Shown here in pieces: positions 27,499 through 39,016 of a stretch of DNA of 64,000 bases. Within the stretch, counting starts at the first letter, position 1. The number at the start of each line of letters is the position of its first letter. The translations under genes and the position numbers were made by a program. The notes beneath the pieces were generated by a model. The model ran no database searches, was not told the origin of the DNA, and worked only from the letters and a program-made list of their open reading frames with translations. Source of the stretch: an uncultured delta proteobacterium (GTDB lineage Bacteria > Desulfobacterota > Desulfomonilia > Desulfomonilales > Desulfomonilaceae); the NCBI GenBank assembly GCA_963789265.1, contig CAWBKB010000001.1:512001-576000 (forward strand), read 5' to 3'.

Positions 27499-27690
27499 CT
27501 CACTATGTACGCTTCTCAATTCCGAAGATCAGTTGTTGATAACCTTCTCTCAAGAGCCAATCTAACGATTATTTAATCCTCTGTTAATGTAAATCCAACC
27601 GGACAACCATAAACTGCATCGGACCACTTTGCGCGTCAAAAGCCGAGACGACAAGATAAAGTGGCGTTGTTGAGGCAATGCGGAGGAACA

Positions 27691-29955
27691 ATGTGCGGTC
27701 TAAGGCGACCCTTCGGGCTAGAGTTTGCAACCCCTATGAAAGTTCTGACCCTGGCATTGGTATTGGGTCTAGCCATACTGCCGGTGCTGGGCTCCATTGT
27801 ATGGAGCATGTATGATTCTATGTCAAGAATGGGGACCGAAGAACTCCATCTTCAACGGCTTGCCGGAACGATCGCCCACCTTAATGAAGCCCTCACCATG
27901 TATGCAAGACTGGCAGCCGCCACCGGAGATCCAAAATGGGAGAAGCATTATCGGGCTGTGGAACCCGAACTCGACGATGCCATTGTGCAAGTGGCCATGC
28001 GTGCACGCCGGCAGTATGAGAAGACTTACGTTGCCCAGACAAAGCTCGCATATACAAAATTGATAGAAATGGAATCCGTGGCCTTGGCCCTTGTCCGCCG
28101 AGGCCGGCACCAAGAAGCTTCAGAACTCCTTTTTAGCCCGCAATATGACCGGCAGAAAGCACTGTATTCTCAAGGGATCAAGAAGATGACCGAAGCGGTC
28201 CGCAAACGGATTGCAAAAGAAATTGCATCGTTCCGTAAACGCATCTGGCTGATGGGTTTGCTGGGAGCCGCCCTTCTTATAGGTCTCCTTGCAGCTTGGC
28301 TGGGCGCTTACCTGGTTGTTAACAGGCACCTTGCATCGCGCAGACAATCCGAAGACGCATTAGCCGCAGAGAAGGAGCGTCTCGCCGTCACATTACGTTC
28401 GATCGGCGAAGGAGTGATTACCACAGATACCGCAGGGCGAGTTACCTTAATGAATCGTGTGGCGGAAGAACTCACCGGTTGGCATCAGGAGGCGGCTACA
28501 GGCAAAGCATTAGATGAGGTATTCGTGACGCTGGACCCCAAGACAGGAGAGCGGATCCAAAATCCTGTGAAAGACGTCCTCAAACAAGGCTCAGCCTGCG
28601 AACTCCCCAACGAGGCCCGCCTGACTTCCAAAGACGGCGTCGAACGGACGGTAGCCTGTAGTGGGGCGCCTATACGGGATAAACAGAGCGCGGTCGTTGG
28701 TGTCGTTATTGTTTTTAGGGACACCACCGAACAGCAATACATGCTCAAAGAAGCATTGAAGGCAGAAAAGCTGGAATCCGTTGGGATATTGGCCGGCGGA
28801 ATAGCCCACGACTTCAACAACATTTTGACCGCGGTTCTGGGCAATCTTTCTCTAGCCAAAGAGCAGGTAGATCCGCGGAGCGAGGTGTTTCAGAGATTGT
28901 CTCATGCCGAAAAGGCCTCCATGAAGGCCAAGGGCCTCACCCACCAACTCCTGGCCTTTTCCAAAGGGGGGGCTCCGATCAAGAAGGCCGCTTCTATTCG
29001 TGAACTCCTGATGGAGTGGTCGAGTTTCGCGTTGAAGGGTTCAAACGTGACATGTGAGTTCAGCATTCAAGACGATCTTTGGCACACGAAAATAGACGAG
29101 GGCCAGGTCGGCCAAGTCATTCACAATCTTGTCATCAACGCCGATCAGGCAATGCCCGACGGAGGAACCATCCGGATATCGGCTGAAAACATCATGTTGA
29201 GTCCTGGCGAGAGCCTTCCGCTCAATCCGGGACAATATATAAAAATATCTGTCGCAGACCAAGGTGTTGGAGTGGAGCCGGAGCATCTACAGAAGATATT
29301 TGATCCTTATTTCACAACGAAGCGGGAGGGGAGCGGCCTCGGCCTCGCCACCTCTTATGCCATAATAAAGGGACATGAAGGCCATATTACAGTAGATTCA
29401 AGCCCGGGTCTCGGTACGACGTTCAGCATATTCCTGCCCGCATCCGAAAGTCATACATTGGCGAGAGTCGAATGCGCCGGTTCTTTTCAAAAAGGCCAAG
29501 GAAAAGTGCTCGTTATGGACGACGAACAGGTAATTCGACAGCTCACAAGTGAGATGCTTACTAACCTGGGGTACCAGGTCTGCATCGCAAAGGACGGCTC
29601 TGAGGCCCTGAGCGTCTTCGAGCGCTTCAAGAAACGTGGCGATCCGTTTGACGCGGTAATCATGGACTTGACCATTCGTGGGGGCATGGGAGGCAAAGAA
29701 GCAATAACGAAATTGCTTGACCTGGATCCTGAAGTCAAAGCGATAGTTTCCAGCGGTTACTCCAATGATCCCATCATGTCGGACTTCAGAAGATACGGCT
29801 TTGCTGGAGTGCTTGCCAAACCGTATACCGCCACTGAGATGAGCAGAGTGCTGTATACGCTCATAAGCGAGAAGAATAGCAGGCATCGTGGCAGCCCGGA
29901 TGGGTCCGTGAGCGGGACCTATAGGAGCCTATCGGTAATGGCAAAGAAGATGTGA
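27691..29955 (+). CDS. Membrane-bound hybrid sensor kinase (periplasmic domain, PAS, HisKA, HATPase, REC)
   Basis: Two TM helices, GGIAHDFNNIL, GSGLGL, IMDLTIRGGMGG; GGAGGA RBS. Confidence 0.92.
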   Translation: MCGLRRPFGLEFATPMKVLTLALVLGLAILPVLGSIVWSMYDSMSRMGTEELHLQRLAGTIAHLNEALTMYARLAAATGDPKWEKHYRAVEPELDDAIVQVAMRARRQYEKTYVAQTKLAYTKLIEMESVALALVRRGRHQEASELLFSPQYDRQKALYSQGIKKMTEAVRKRIAKEIASFRKRIWLMGLLGAALLIGLLAAWLGAYLVVNRHLASRRQSEDALAAEKERLAVTLRSIGEGVITTDTAGRVTLMNRVAEELTGWHQEAATGKALDEVFVTLDPKTGERIQNPVKDVLKQGSACELPNEARLTSKDGVERTVACSGAPIRDKQSAVVGVVIVFRDTTEQQYMLKEALKAEKLESVGILAGGIAHDFNNILTAVLGNLSLAKEQVDPRSEVFQRLSHAEKASMKAKGLTHQLLAFSKGGAPIKKAASIRELLMEWSSFALKGSNVTCEFSIQDDLWHTKIDEGQVGQVIHNLVINADQAMPDGGTIRISAENIMLSPGESLPLNPGQYIKISVADQGVGVEPEHLQKIFDPYFTTKREGSGLGLATSYAIIKGHEGHITVDSSPGLGTTFSIFLPASESHTLARVECAGSFQKGQGKVLVMDDEQVIRQLTSEMLTNLGYQVCIAKDGSEALSVFERFKKRGDPFDAVIMDLTIRGGMGGKEAITKLLDLDPEVKAIVSSGYSNDPIMSDFRRYGFAGVLAKPYTATEMSRVLYTLISEKNSRHRGSPDGSVSGTYRSLSVMAKKM

Positions 29956-30308
29956 CATGCACCACGCCGACGCGAATACCATTAGAGGAAGACTTACCAA
30001 AGAGTGCGCCGAGAACACGGAGAAAAAAGATAGTTTATCCAGCGTCATGTGAGACAGCGGCGCGTATGTTCACGTTGGAATTGGCTCCACAGTCACATAC
30101 TGGAATTTGCTTTGCTCCATCGGCCGTGCCTGCACCGAAAACAGACTTGTCAGCGATCTCTGTGTTCTTCGTGGTGGATTGTTGCCATTTAGGTGATTGC
30201 TGTACACGCGGTCTGAGAGGATTTGTCGGCTTTCATAGGCATTCACGTTCAGACTTATAAGAAAATCCCCTCTATAGCCGTTGCCAAGAGTAATGACCTG
30301 TTCACCAC

Positions 30309-30394
30309 CCGTCACCCCGGCGAAGGCCGGGGTCCAGTCCCGCGAGGAACGCGGGATTGAAAAGACTGGATTCCGGCCTCCGCCGGAATGACGG
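30309..30394. repeat. CGTC-type REP doublet; related copy at ~46441-46499
   Basis: CCGTCACCCCGGCGAAGGCCGGGGTCCAGTC ... GACTGGATTCCGGCCTCCGCCGGAATGACGG. Confidence 0.7.
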
Positions 30395-30619
30395 TGTCAG
30401 GCTACTTCTAATCGGACAAAACTTTTGGCAATGGGTATAAGCTCCTTCCTTGATAAAGATAGTGATAGGGGGATTTCAGATACGAATTAGCGTTAGCCGC
30501 TTCCGCAGTGATGGAAAAACCTTGATCAAGGAGCCCAAGGCCACTAAGATGAGACTGTAGCCGCAAATTATGGGGGATTTTGTGTAATTTAACTACCACA
30601 CATCCTGAGGAGGACAATC

Positions 30620-31201
30620 ATGGGAGCCAAGAAGATTTTGATGCTCGTCGGGGATTACGTCGAGGATTACGAGGTCATGGTGCCGTTTCAGGCCTTACTA
30701 ATGGTGGGGCATACGGTTCACGCAGTTTGCCCTGACAAAAAAGCCGGCGATGCCGTGCGAACCGCAATTCACGATTTTGAAGGGGACCAGACTTACAGCG
30801 AGAAGCGAGGTCACAATTTCGCCTTGAATGCGACTTTCTCGGAAATAAAGGCCGAGGATTACGATGCCCTGGTGATTCCGGGCGGTCGAGCCCCGGAATA
30901 CATCAGATTGAACGAAGCGGTGCTCGAGGCAGTTCGCCATTTTGCCGAGAAAAACAAACCTATAGCTGCCATCTGCCACGGCGCCCAGGTTCTGGCCGCG
31001 GCCGGCGCGGTAGGGGGTAAATCTTGCTCGGCCTATCCGGCGGTAGGTCCCGACGTAAATAGCGCGGGCGGGAAATGGGTTAATATTCCAATGGATAAGG
31101 CATACGTGGATGGAAACCTCGTGAGTGCGCCTGCCTGGCCGGCACACCCGGATTGGCTGGCCAAGTTTCTCCAGGTGCTTGGGACGAAGATTGAGCCGTA
31201 G
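30620..31201 (+). CDS. DJ-1/PfpI family protein
   Basis: [23 protein letters not shown]. Confidence 0.94.
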   Translation: MGAKKILMLVGDYVEDYEVMVPFQALLMVGHTVHAVCPDKKAGDAVRTAIHDFEGDQTYSEKRGHNFALNATFSEIKAEDYDALVIPGGRAPEYIRLNEAVLEAVRHFAEKNKPIAAICHGAQVLAAAGAVGGKSCSAYPAVGPDVNSAGGKWVNIPMDKAYVDGNLVSAPAWPAHPDWLAKFLQVLGTKIEP

Positions 31202-31339
31202 CAGAGGTCAGCGGACCGCCCGGCAATCAAGCCCGCGGGTCTGTGGGGGATCACCGTCCCGCGAGCCGTGGGACCGCCCTGGGCGAAGGCCATCCGCCCC
31301 TACATACCGTCAATTGGCCAACTTGACGGACCGGTCATC

Positions 31340-31528
31340 CGAAGGTGTCTCAAAACACGAAATCCTCCCACCCTATCCCTCGCCCTTTGGGAGAGGGGAG
31401 ACTCTGATAGCTGCTTTGGTACAGCTCCTTCTCCCTATGGGAGAGGGTTGGGGGGAGGGCAAGAACTTACGAATCAGGCCCAAGCGTGGCACGATTTTAG
31501 TCATCAAAATAGTTTTGAGACGGTTTCT
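31340..31528. mobile_element. Non-autonomous MITE with IS1182-like ends
   Basis: GAAGGTGTCTCAAAA ... TTTTGAGACGGTTTCT; internal CCCTCGCCCTTTGGGAGAGGG also present in the 7728-7938 element. Confidence 0.65.
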
Positions 31529-31664
31529 GTTCGGCTGTCTTCACCTGTAAACCATTATCTTGCCGTCTATCCGACCTTGGGGGCACCGCAGCCGGCGCCC
31601 CCTAAGAAAAGCAGTTTTCTGGTTAGTTAGTTTTTTTGTCGTGTCTTACGCACAAACCAGGCTA

Positions 31665-32774
31665 TTACTTGTGTGTCGACTGATCGGTTTGTTTCCAGAT
31701 CGGGTCCCCACCTTTTGCCATTATCCGTTTTGCCCAATCCGATTCGATCAGATTGTATACGTTGACGGGGATCGGCACGTAATGGAGTTCAGAGGCCATT
31801 GGAGTCCCGTGCTTATAGCACCAGTCGAAATACTTCAACATGGCTAAAGCTTTCGCCTTGTCCGGCTGTTCCTTGTACAGGAGAATGTATGACGCACCGG
31901 TGATAGGCCAGCTCTTTTCACCAGGCTGATCGGTAAGCACCATGTAAAATCCCGGGGCATTCTTCCAATCCGCGCTAGCGGCCGCAGCCTGGAACGCCTC
32001 AATAGTTGGGGCGACGAATTTGCCCGACTGGTTCTGGAGTTGAACCCACTTTAAATTTTTCTTCAACGCCCACGCATATTCAACATAGCCGATGGTCCCG
32101 TCAGTTTTCTTGACCAGCGCCGAGACTCCCTGGTTTCCTTTACCACCTATGCCTGTAGGCCAAGAAACGGACTTGTCGTTGCCGACCTTATCCCGCCATT
32201 CGTCGGATACTTTGCTCAGATAATTGGTGAAAATCCAGGTGGTCCCGGAGCCGTCAGCCCTGTGCACCACAGTGATTTCCTGGTCGGGCAATTTCATATC
32301 CTGGTTCACCGCCATGATCTTCTTGTCATTCCATTTTTTGATTTTGTCGAGGTAGATGTCAGCCAACAATTCCGGAGTAAGCTTCAGTTTTCCTTTTCCG
32401 ATGCCTTGAATGTGGACTATCGGCACCACTCCACCCATTATCATGGGGAACTGCATAAGACCGTGGCTGTCGAGCTCCTCGGCTTTTAGGGGCTTGTCGG
32501 ATGCCCCGAAGTCAACGGTCTTCGCCTTGATCTGGGCTATTCCGCCGCCCGATCCGATTGCCTGATAACTCAGCTTTAAGCCCGTATTCTGATTATACTT
32601 TGTGGCCCATTTCGCATAAACGGGATAGGGGAAAGTGGCCCCGGCACCGCTTAGACTCTCAACGTCCGGAGAAGCGCTTGCAATAAATCCCGGCTGCAAA
32701 ATCAGCAGCACCCCGATAAGAAGCGCGAGCTTAAAGACCAAGGTTGAATTGCGTCGTCTGGCCCGTCCCTCCAT
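31665..32774 (-). CDS. pstS: Phosphate ABC transporter substrate-binding protein
   Basis: GAGATFPYP, YQAIGSGGG, DFGASD, HRADGSGTT, WPITGASY. Confidence 0.96.
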   Translation of the reverse strand: MEGRARRRNSTLVFKLALLIGVLLILQPGFIASASPDVESLSGAGATFPYPVYAKWATKYNQNTGLKLSYQAIGSGGGIAQIKAKTVDFGASDKPLKAEELDSHGLMQFPMIMGGVVPIVHIQGIGKGKLKLTPELLADIYLDKIKKWNDKKIMAVNQDMKLPDQEITVVHRADGSGTTWIFTNYLSKVSDEWRDKVGNDKSVSWPTGIGGKGNQGVSALVKKTDGTIGYVEYAWALKKNLKWVQLQNQSGKFVAPTIEAFQAAAASADWKNAPGFYMVLTDQPGEKSWPITGASYILLYKEQPDKAKALAMLKYFDWCYKHGTPMASELHYVPIPVNVYNLIESDWAKRIMAKGGDPIWKQTDQSTHK

Positions 32775-32922
32775 TTTGTCCTCCTTTGTAATTGGATCTA
32801 CATGGCAGCCTCTCTAACAGAGGCTTACTGTCAGTGCTTGGATGCCCGATAGCCTCCACAGAAATGTACACTTGGGAGACCGCCAGGGCACCCAGACCCC
32901 GATGTTATTAGAAACAAGCCAA

Positions 32923-32950
32923 GTTAAGAGAGCACTAGTGAAGTGTTAAA
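32923..32950 (-). promoter_or_regulatory. Candidate Pho-box-like direct repeats upstream of pstS
   Basis: Minus strand TTTAAC-N5-ACTAGT-N5-CTTAAC, 11 bp period. Confidence 0.45.
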
Positions 32951-33080
32951 AGTTGAATAGAGGCAAAGGCCGGATTTTATGCCGCCCTTTTGCTAAATCT
33001 TGCATGCCTCCGCGCATTTTCGGTCCTTATTCGCGTGGTTTCGGCCGAAAAATGGCTAAAAGTGCCCCAAATAAGTGCTT

Positions 33081-33120
33081 CTTAACAAACATTTATAGCA
33101 GTGCTAACGACTGGCTCACA
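33081..33120 (+). promoter_or_regulatory. Candidate Pho-box-like array (4 units, 11 bp period)
   Basis: CTTAACA-aaca-TTTATAG-cagt-GCTAACG-actg-GCTCACA. Confidence 0.55.
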
Positions 33121-33393
33121 TTTTCGGACCATTGTGTTTTAGCCCAAACATGAACATGTTGGCGCTTCAAAGCCGGGAGGGGGCCCCTCCCTTGAGGACT
33201 GGACGTCCGAACATGCCGCACGGGGAAAGATTTAATCAAAAACTTATGTGCCGATAATCTTCCCATAACGGATGCGGCCATATTAAAGGGGCGCCCTCAG
33301 CCAAGGGTCTGGGCAGATTCGATTGCATTGCAATGCATTTTGCTCGATCCGGCTTACAACGAGCCGGCCACGAGAATCGACAGGGAGGAAACA

Positions 33394-34086
33394 ATGCCGG
33401 AGTGTAGTCTCAGCACAGGGTTACTGGAGGACGTCTTTCAGTACGCCAAACCCCTCGGACATCACCAAAAGCCACAGAATTTGAATCTTGGATTCGGCTT
33501 CATCTATTACGGCCTCGCAAGGGCCCTCAGACCAAAACACACTCTAGTCATTGGTTCGGGGTTTGGCTTCAGTGTCGTGTGCTTGGCACTCGGCATAAAA
33601 GATAACGGGGTAGGGCGGCTAACTTTTGTGGATCCCTCTTATTCCTTGTTAAAAGATGGCCCTCTAAAAACCGTGGGAGGCCGAGGCACATGGAATTCTG
33701 AATCCAATGTTCAGGACCACTTCCGAAGGTTCGGGGTTGAGAACTTTGTAACCCATTACAGGATGAGAAGCGATCAATTGTTCCCATCTTATGACGAGCT
33801 CCGATTGCCGCCCATAGACCTGGGCTTCATTGACGGGAGCCATGCATACAAGGATGTGAAATACGATTTCATCACCATGCTCGGCCATTCTCACAAACGC
33901 ACCTACATCTTTCTCCACGATACAAACATCTACGTACGGGAGATGCTTCATCACTCGGGAGTGAAGCGCTGGCTGAAAATTGTGAAGAAAGAAGAGAAAG
34001 CTTTCGAGGTAATAAATTTTCCTTTTTCTTCGGGAGTCGCACTGGTCCGAGTGCTGGAGCCAAGTGTCTGGAAACAATTGCCTTGA
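33394..34086 (+). CDS. Class I SAM-dependent methyltransferase (Methyltransf_24-like)
   Basis: LVIGSGFGFS, DLGFIDGSHAY, FLHDT; GGAGG RBS. Confidence 0.85.
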   Translation: MPECSLSTGLLEDVFQYAKPLGHHQKPQNLNLGFGFIYYGLARALRPKHTLVIGSGFGFSVVCLALGIKDNGVGRLTFVDPSYSLLKDGPLKTVGGRGTWNSESNVQDHFRRFGVENFVTHYRMRSDQLFPSYDELRLPPIDLGFIDGSHAYKDVKYDFITMLGHSHKRTYIFLHDTNIYVREMLHHSGVKRWLKIVKKEEKAFEVINFPFSSGVALVRVLEPSVWKQLP

Positions 34087-34763
34087 TTTTGGGGATTCTA
34101 ATCCTCTCACTTGTTGCGGCATTCGTTTTTTGGCGCTACGTCTGGTTCTTCCGCAACCCGCCCAGGACGAGTCCCCAAGGCGAAAACATCGTCAGCCCGG
34201 CCGACGGAACAGTGGTCTACGTGAAGACTGTAAGCCCCGACGAAGAAGTACTGGTAATCAAGCAAGGCATTTCAGCCCGCATCAGGGATATAGTACGAGA
34301 GGACATGGACGCACCGAAGTCATTGATCGGGATCTTCATGAGCCCGTTCAACGTGCATTATAACCGGGCGCCGATATCGGGGAGAGTGGAAAAAGTAGTT
34401 CATTACCCACCAAAGACTGAAAATTTGCACATGGGACCCATGCACTTTCGAACACTACTTAATCGGTTGCCTCTTTACGAAAACAGCCTCCACATTGTGG
34501 AGAACGAAAGAACCGTGACGAGATTCAAAGGGCCGTATAAAGGGGCTGAAGTTTCCTGTTACGTGGTGCAGATAGCGGCCAAGAATGTTCACGGCATCGA
34601 CAGCTACATACCGGAAGGCGGAGATGTGGCCAAAGGGCAAATATTTGGCATGATCCGCATCGGATCTCAGGTAGATTTGGTTGTTCCCCAGCTTTCCGGC
34701 ATGCAAACCAAGGTGCGTCCGGGGGATAGAGTTCGAGCAGGAGAAACTGTCCTCGTCGAGTAA
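34083..34763 (+). CDS. psd: Phosphatidylserine decarboxylase family proenzyme
   Basis: FFRNP.R, SPADG, IFMSPFNVHYNRAP, GMIRIGSQVD autocleavage motif. Confidence 0.85.
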   Translation: MILGILILSLVAAFVFWRYVWFFRNPPRTSPQGENIVSPADGTVVYVKTVSPDEEVLVIKQGISARIRDIVREDMDAPKSLIGIFMSPFNVHYNRAPISGRVEKVVHYPPKTENLHMGPMHFRTLLNRLPLYENSLHIVENERTVTRFKGPYKGAEVSCYVVQIAAKNVHGIDSYIPEGGDVAKGQIFGMIRIGSQVDLVVPQLSGMQTKVRPGDRVRAGETVLVE

Positions 34764-34808
34764 CCAACTTGTTCAGACCGGAATCATCGGTTAGGGAGGT
34801 ATGACCGC

Positions 34809-37305
34809 ATGAAAATCGATATGCATGTCCACTCGATGTTTTCAAAACGGCCTTCCGAGTGGATCCTTAAGAAGCTTGGCTGCCCGGAAAGTTTTACCGA
34901 TCCGGTGCATCTTTATAACGTAGCAAAAACGAGGGGAATGTCTCTTGTCACAATTACCGATCACAATACCGTCGAAGGGTGTCTGGAGATTGCCCATCTC
35001 CCGAACACGTTCATGAGCGAGGAAGTCACCACATATTTTCCTGAAGACGGCTGTAAACTTCACGTACTCGTCTACAACATTGATGAGAAGAAACATGAAG
35101 ATATTCAAAGAGTTCGTGAAAACGTATTCGATCTGACAACCTACCTCGGAGAGAGTAGAATAGTTCATTCCCTTGCTCATCCGCTGTTTTCGATAAATCA
35201 TAAACTTACCATCGATCACTTCGAAAAATGCTTGCTGCTCTTCAAGAATTTTGAATTGAACGGGGCCCGAAATGAGGAACAAAACAGGTGCCTCCAACTC
35301 GTGCTCTCCATACTGACTCCGGAAAAAATAGAAGAAACTAGCCTGCAAGCACAATCTTTCACCCTCTTTCCAATTCCCTTGGGTAAAGAGCTTGACCGGA
35401 GGATCGGACGACCACAGCTCACTGACCATTGCCCGCAAGTATACTGAAGTGGAAGGAATGATAGGTGTAAGTGAGTTTCTGCAAAAAGTCGAGCAGAAGG
35501 AGGCCAGAGTCACGGGTCCGGAATCAACGCCGAAAACTTTGGCGCACAACGTGTACAGCGTAGCCTATCAGTTTTATGAGAACAAATTTGATTTGAAGCG
35601 ATTCGTTAACAGCGACGTAATTTTTAAATTTCTGGATCGGTTCCTCCAGGTGGGGCAGGATCGTAGACCGGGTATACTCGCAAAACTTGATTTCTACTGG
35701 AACCACGGAAAGAGCCGCAGGGCGTCCGCCAAAGGAAGCGGAAATGTAATGAACTTGCTACGGCGAGAGACTCACCGATTGATTTGGGACGATCCGCAAC
35801 TCTCGGAAATTTTCAAAAATGGCTACCGTGATAGTGAAACCCTCGACGAAAAATGGTTCCTTTTTGTAAACAAAGTTTCGGTCAAAGTCCTTGAGCACTT
35901 TGCCGACCACGTGATGGAAAGCCTCGCGGGGGCTCACTTTCTGAATCTTTTTAACGCATTGGGTTCCGCGGGGGCATTGTATTCCTTATTGGCCCCGTAT
36001 TTTGTCTCATTCTCCATCTTCTCGGAGGATAGGCAGTTCGGTGGAGCGGTGCTACAACGGTTTCTCGAAGAAAGGCCAAACCACTTGAAGCACGCCCCCA
36101 AGACTAAAGTAGCTCACTTTACCGACACGTTTTACGAAGTCAACGGGGTTGCCGGCACGTTGAAAAGGCAGATAAGGGCCGCCATGCAAGCGGGCAAAGA
36201 TTACACGGTAATAACTTGCGATCCTGGCAGTCACTCAAGCCTTGAGGGGGCCACGAACTTCAAGCCGATCGGCGTCTATGAGACGCCCGTTTATCCTGAA
36301 CAGAAACTTTTCTATCCGCCTTTTCTCGAAATGCTCGACTACTGCTATACCAAAGCCTTCACCCACATCCATTGTGCTACACCCGGTCCCCTTGGACTCG
36401 TAGGATTGGCGATAGCCCGCATATTGAAACTTCCCGTCGTGGGGACCTACCACACGGCGCTACCTCAATATTCCCACTATCTTACGGAAGACGCTTCCGT
36501 AAGTGAGCTCGTGTGGAAATACGTTATATGGTACTACGATCAAATGGATCGCGTCTTTGTGCCATCCAAGAGTACCGCTGCCGAACTCGCGGCGAAAGGC
36601 ATATCCCCGCAAAAAATTATCATTACACCCAGAGGAGTAGACAGCATCCGATTTGACCCGGCCAAGCGCAATGGCTATTTGGACAAGCATTCCTCGAGCG
36701 AGAAAGCGTTGAAGCTCTTGTATGTCGGTCGAGTTTCAAGAGAAAAGAACTTGGAGATCCTCGTCAGGGTTTTCAAATCGCTTGTCCAGTCAGATGAAAA
36801 CGTGAATCTGTTCGTTGTGGGAGACGGCCCATATCGTGAAGATATGCAAAAGGCATTGCAGGGAACCCCAAGCATCTTCATGGGATATGTGCAGGGGGAA
36901 GCGCTTGCGTCGATTTATGCTTCCTGCGATCTGTTCGTATTTCCCAGTACTACCGACACCTTTGGAAATGTGGTTCTGGAAGCTCAGGCATCCGGCGTGC
37001 CGGTTATAGTCACTGACAGTGGCGGGCCCCAGGAGAATATGCTTCCGGGAGTAACTGGGCTCGTGGTTCGCCGAAATGAAGAAAAATCCCTGCTGGAAGG
37101 AATCCGGACTATGCTGTCAGACACGTCGCGGTTGAAGGACATGGGGAAGGCAGCACGCACGTATGCGGAGAGTCGCTCATTCGACATCGCGTTTAACGAA
37201 GCATGGGAGCTCTACACTGAAGCCGCGGACGGTTGCAGCCCTGGTTGTAAAGTTCCCTCGATCTGGACATTCCCAATGCACGGAATAGAACTCCAATCAG
37301 CCTAG
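34809..37305 (+). CDS. PHP-domain / GT4 glycosyltransferase fusion, split by a +1 frameshift near 35334
   Basis: IDMHVHS, TITDHN, AHP, GGSDDH (PHP motifs on both sides of the shift); TDTFYEVNGV, YVGRVSREKN, DTFGNVVLEAQASG. Confidence 0.85.
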
Positions 37306-37310
37306 TACTC

Positions 37311-37460
37311 TTTTTCGCAAATATGATCATGTTAAGAACCGGGTCCGGAAGAAGATTGCTTCGCTGCGCTCGCAATGACACGTAGTGGGAATGTCATTGC
37401 GAGGAGTGAAACGACGAAGCAATCTCTACCGGGAAAATCCGCGACCGGTACTTACGAAAA
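37311..37460. repeat. Second copy of the 5042-5187 MITE-like repeat
   Basis: Near-identical sequence to 5042-5187. Confidence 0.85.
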
Positions 37461-37778
37461 CCGGTAATTACTCCAGCGTTTATGAGCTTCCTCCTCTCGG
37501 CAAGTTCGGTTGTATCTCAAAAATCCCGGAGTAGCGCCGTGCTAACCAACTCGGCGCTCTCCTGACGGAAGATGCGTCCAGGATTTCGAATTTCTTTGTT
37601 TCTGCAGGTGAGAGACTTCCTGACTGCAACGGTACTGTTCACATCGCTTGTTTTCGCATCCTGATTGCTTCGTCGGGAGGTCCAATCGGGACCATGTGAC
37701 GTCCCCCCATCAGCATGAAAACGTTGAGCGGCACTGAACCGATCCTCTGTGGCACGATCTACCGCACCGCCGCGACGG

Positions 37779-38250
37779 CTAAACCGACCCGGCGGATTCC
37801 CTGAGGAATTCCTCCGGATCTTCCGGGCTCAGCAGGTACTTTCGCGGTCCGGGTCTCCACAATGACCAGGTTTTTCTGATCTGAGGTGGTGAGGTAGGCT
37901 CGGAAGGTCCCCAAAGTACGGTTCCAGAATATACCGGTAGCGGCAAACAGACCTCCGTTACCCCAAAGCCTGATACTTCTGTCCGGCGACTTCTCTACCG
38001 GACCGACGCGTTCCACAGGCCCAAACCGTTTGGACCCGAGGCGGAACAGAATTGTGAGACCGCTCCGAGAAACTTCGTACACCACAGGAGCCCGAAGATA
38101 GCAGCCCAGCGTGACGGCCGCGATCAAGACGGCGGGTATGAGAGCCCAATGATTCACGAAAGACGCCACGACCAAACCGGCATCCAGAATAGGTACGGCA
38201 GCCGAAATGATTTTGATCAACCGAGACATAGGGGCAATTGGATATATCAC
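37779..38250 (-). CDS. Bacterial PH-domain (bPH_5-like) membrane protein; probable frameshift near 37840
   Basis: Two TM helices, IRLWGNGGLFAATGIF; alternative frame restores LLSPEDPEEFL; GTG after GGAGG. Confidence 0.7.
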
Positions 38251-38629
38251 TGGACGTCCTCCTTCGGTGCTTATGGCTGTACCCTCCCAAATCTGAGAGT
38301 TATACTTTCTTGACAATAAGTCTTGCCGCCTCCTTCGCGCGTGATATAATACATTAGATATTTTACGGATATTTGAACAGAGTTCGATTGTCCATAGTTA
38401 TCTCGTTCAGGAACCCGCCAAGCTTCTCTCAGGATCTTGCAAAGACCCCGCATCGGAGGTGGGACAAAGTGACCCCGGCCCTCACTAGATCGGACATCAT
38501 GCAGCGGCACGTCGGAGCAGTTCGGCGATCTGACTATATCTTACCGGATGCGAGTCTGAGCCGCGAAGCGGTCGTTATTCGACTGCCATCAGTTCAGGAT
38601 TCGACTGCTTCATACAGGGGGGGCGGGCA

Positions 38630-39016
38630 ATGAAGAAGATTCTGATCGTGGATGACCTTCAAGAAGTCAGGCAACTTCTGACTACAACTTTATCCAGGAC
38701 TAAGTACCAAATATTGACAGCCGAAAACGGGTTGCTGGCCGTCGAGACAGCACGAATACAACAGCCTGACCTGATAATAATGGACGTTGTTATGCCGGGG
38801 CCGATCAGCGGGCTCGAAGCCACTCGTATCTTGAAGGGAGATCCTCAGACCAAATTTTGTCCCATAATCATTTTGACAGGCAAAGATCTCTCTGAAGAAT
38901 TACTGAAGATTCCTCACCCTGGAGCGGATAAGTACATCACCAAGCCTTTCAGCCCATTAAAATTGATTGACGAGGTCGAGAGCTTTTTGGGGGGGATCGG
39001 AGAGCCTCCGGTTTAG
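38630..39016 (+). CDS. Single-domain response regulator
   Basis: ILIVDD, IIMDVVMPG, YITKPF. Confidence 0.92.
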   Translation: MKKILIVDDLQEVRQLLTTTLSRTKYQILTAENGLLAVETARIQQPDLIIMDVVMPGPISGLEATRILKGDPQTKFCPIIILTGKDLSEELLKIPHPGADKYITKPFSPLKLIDEVESFLGGIGEPPV

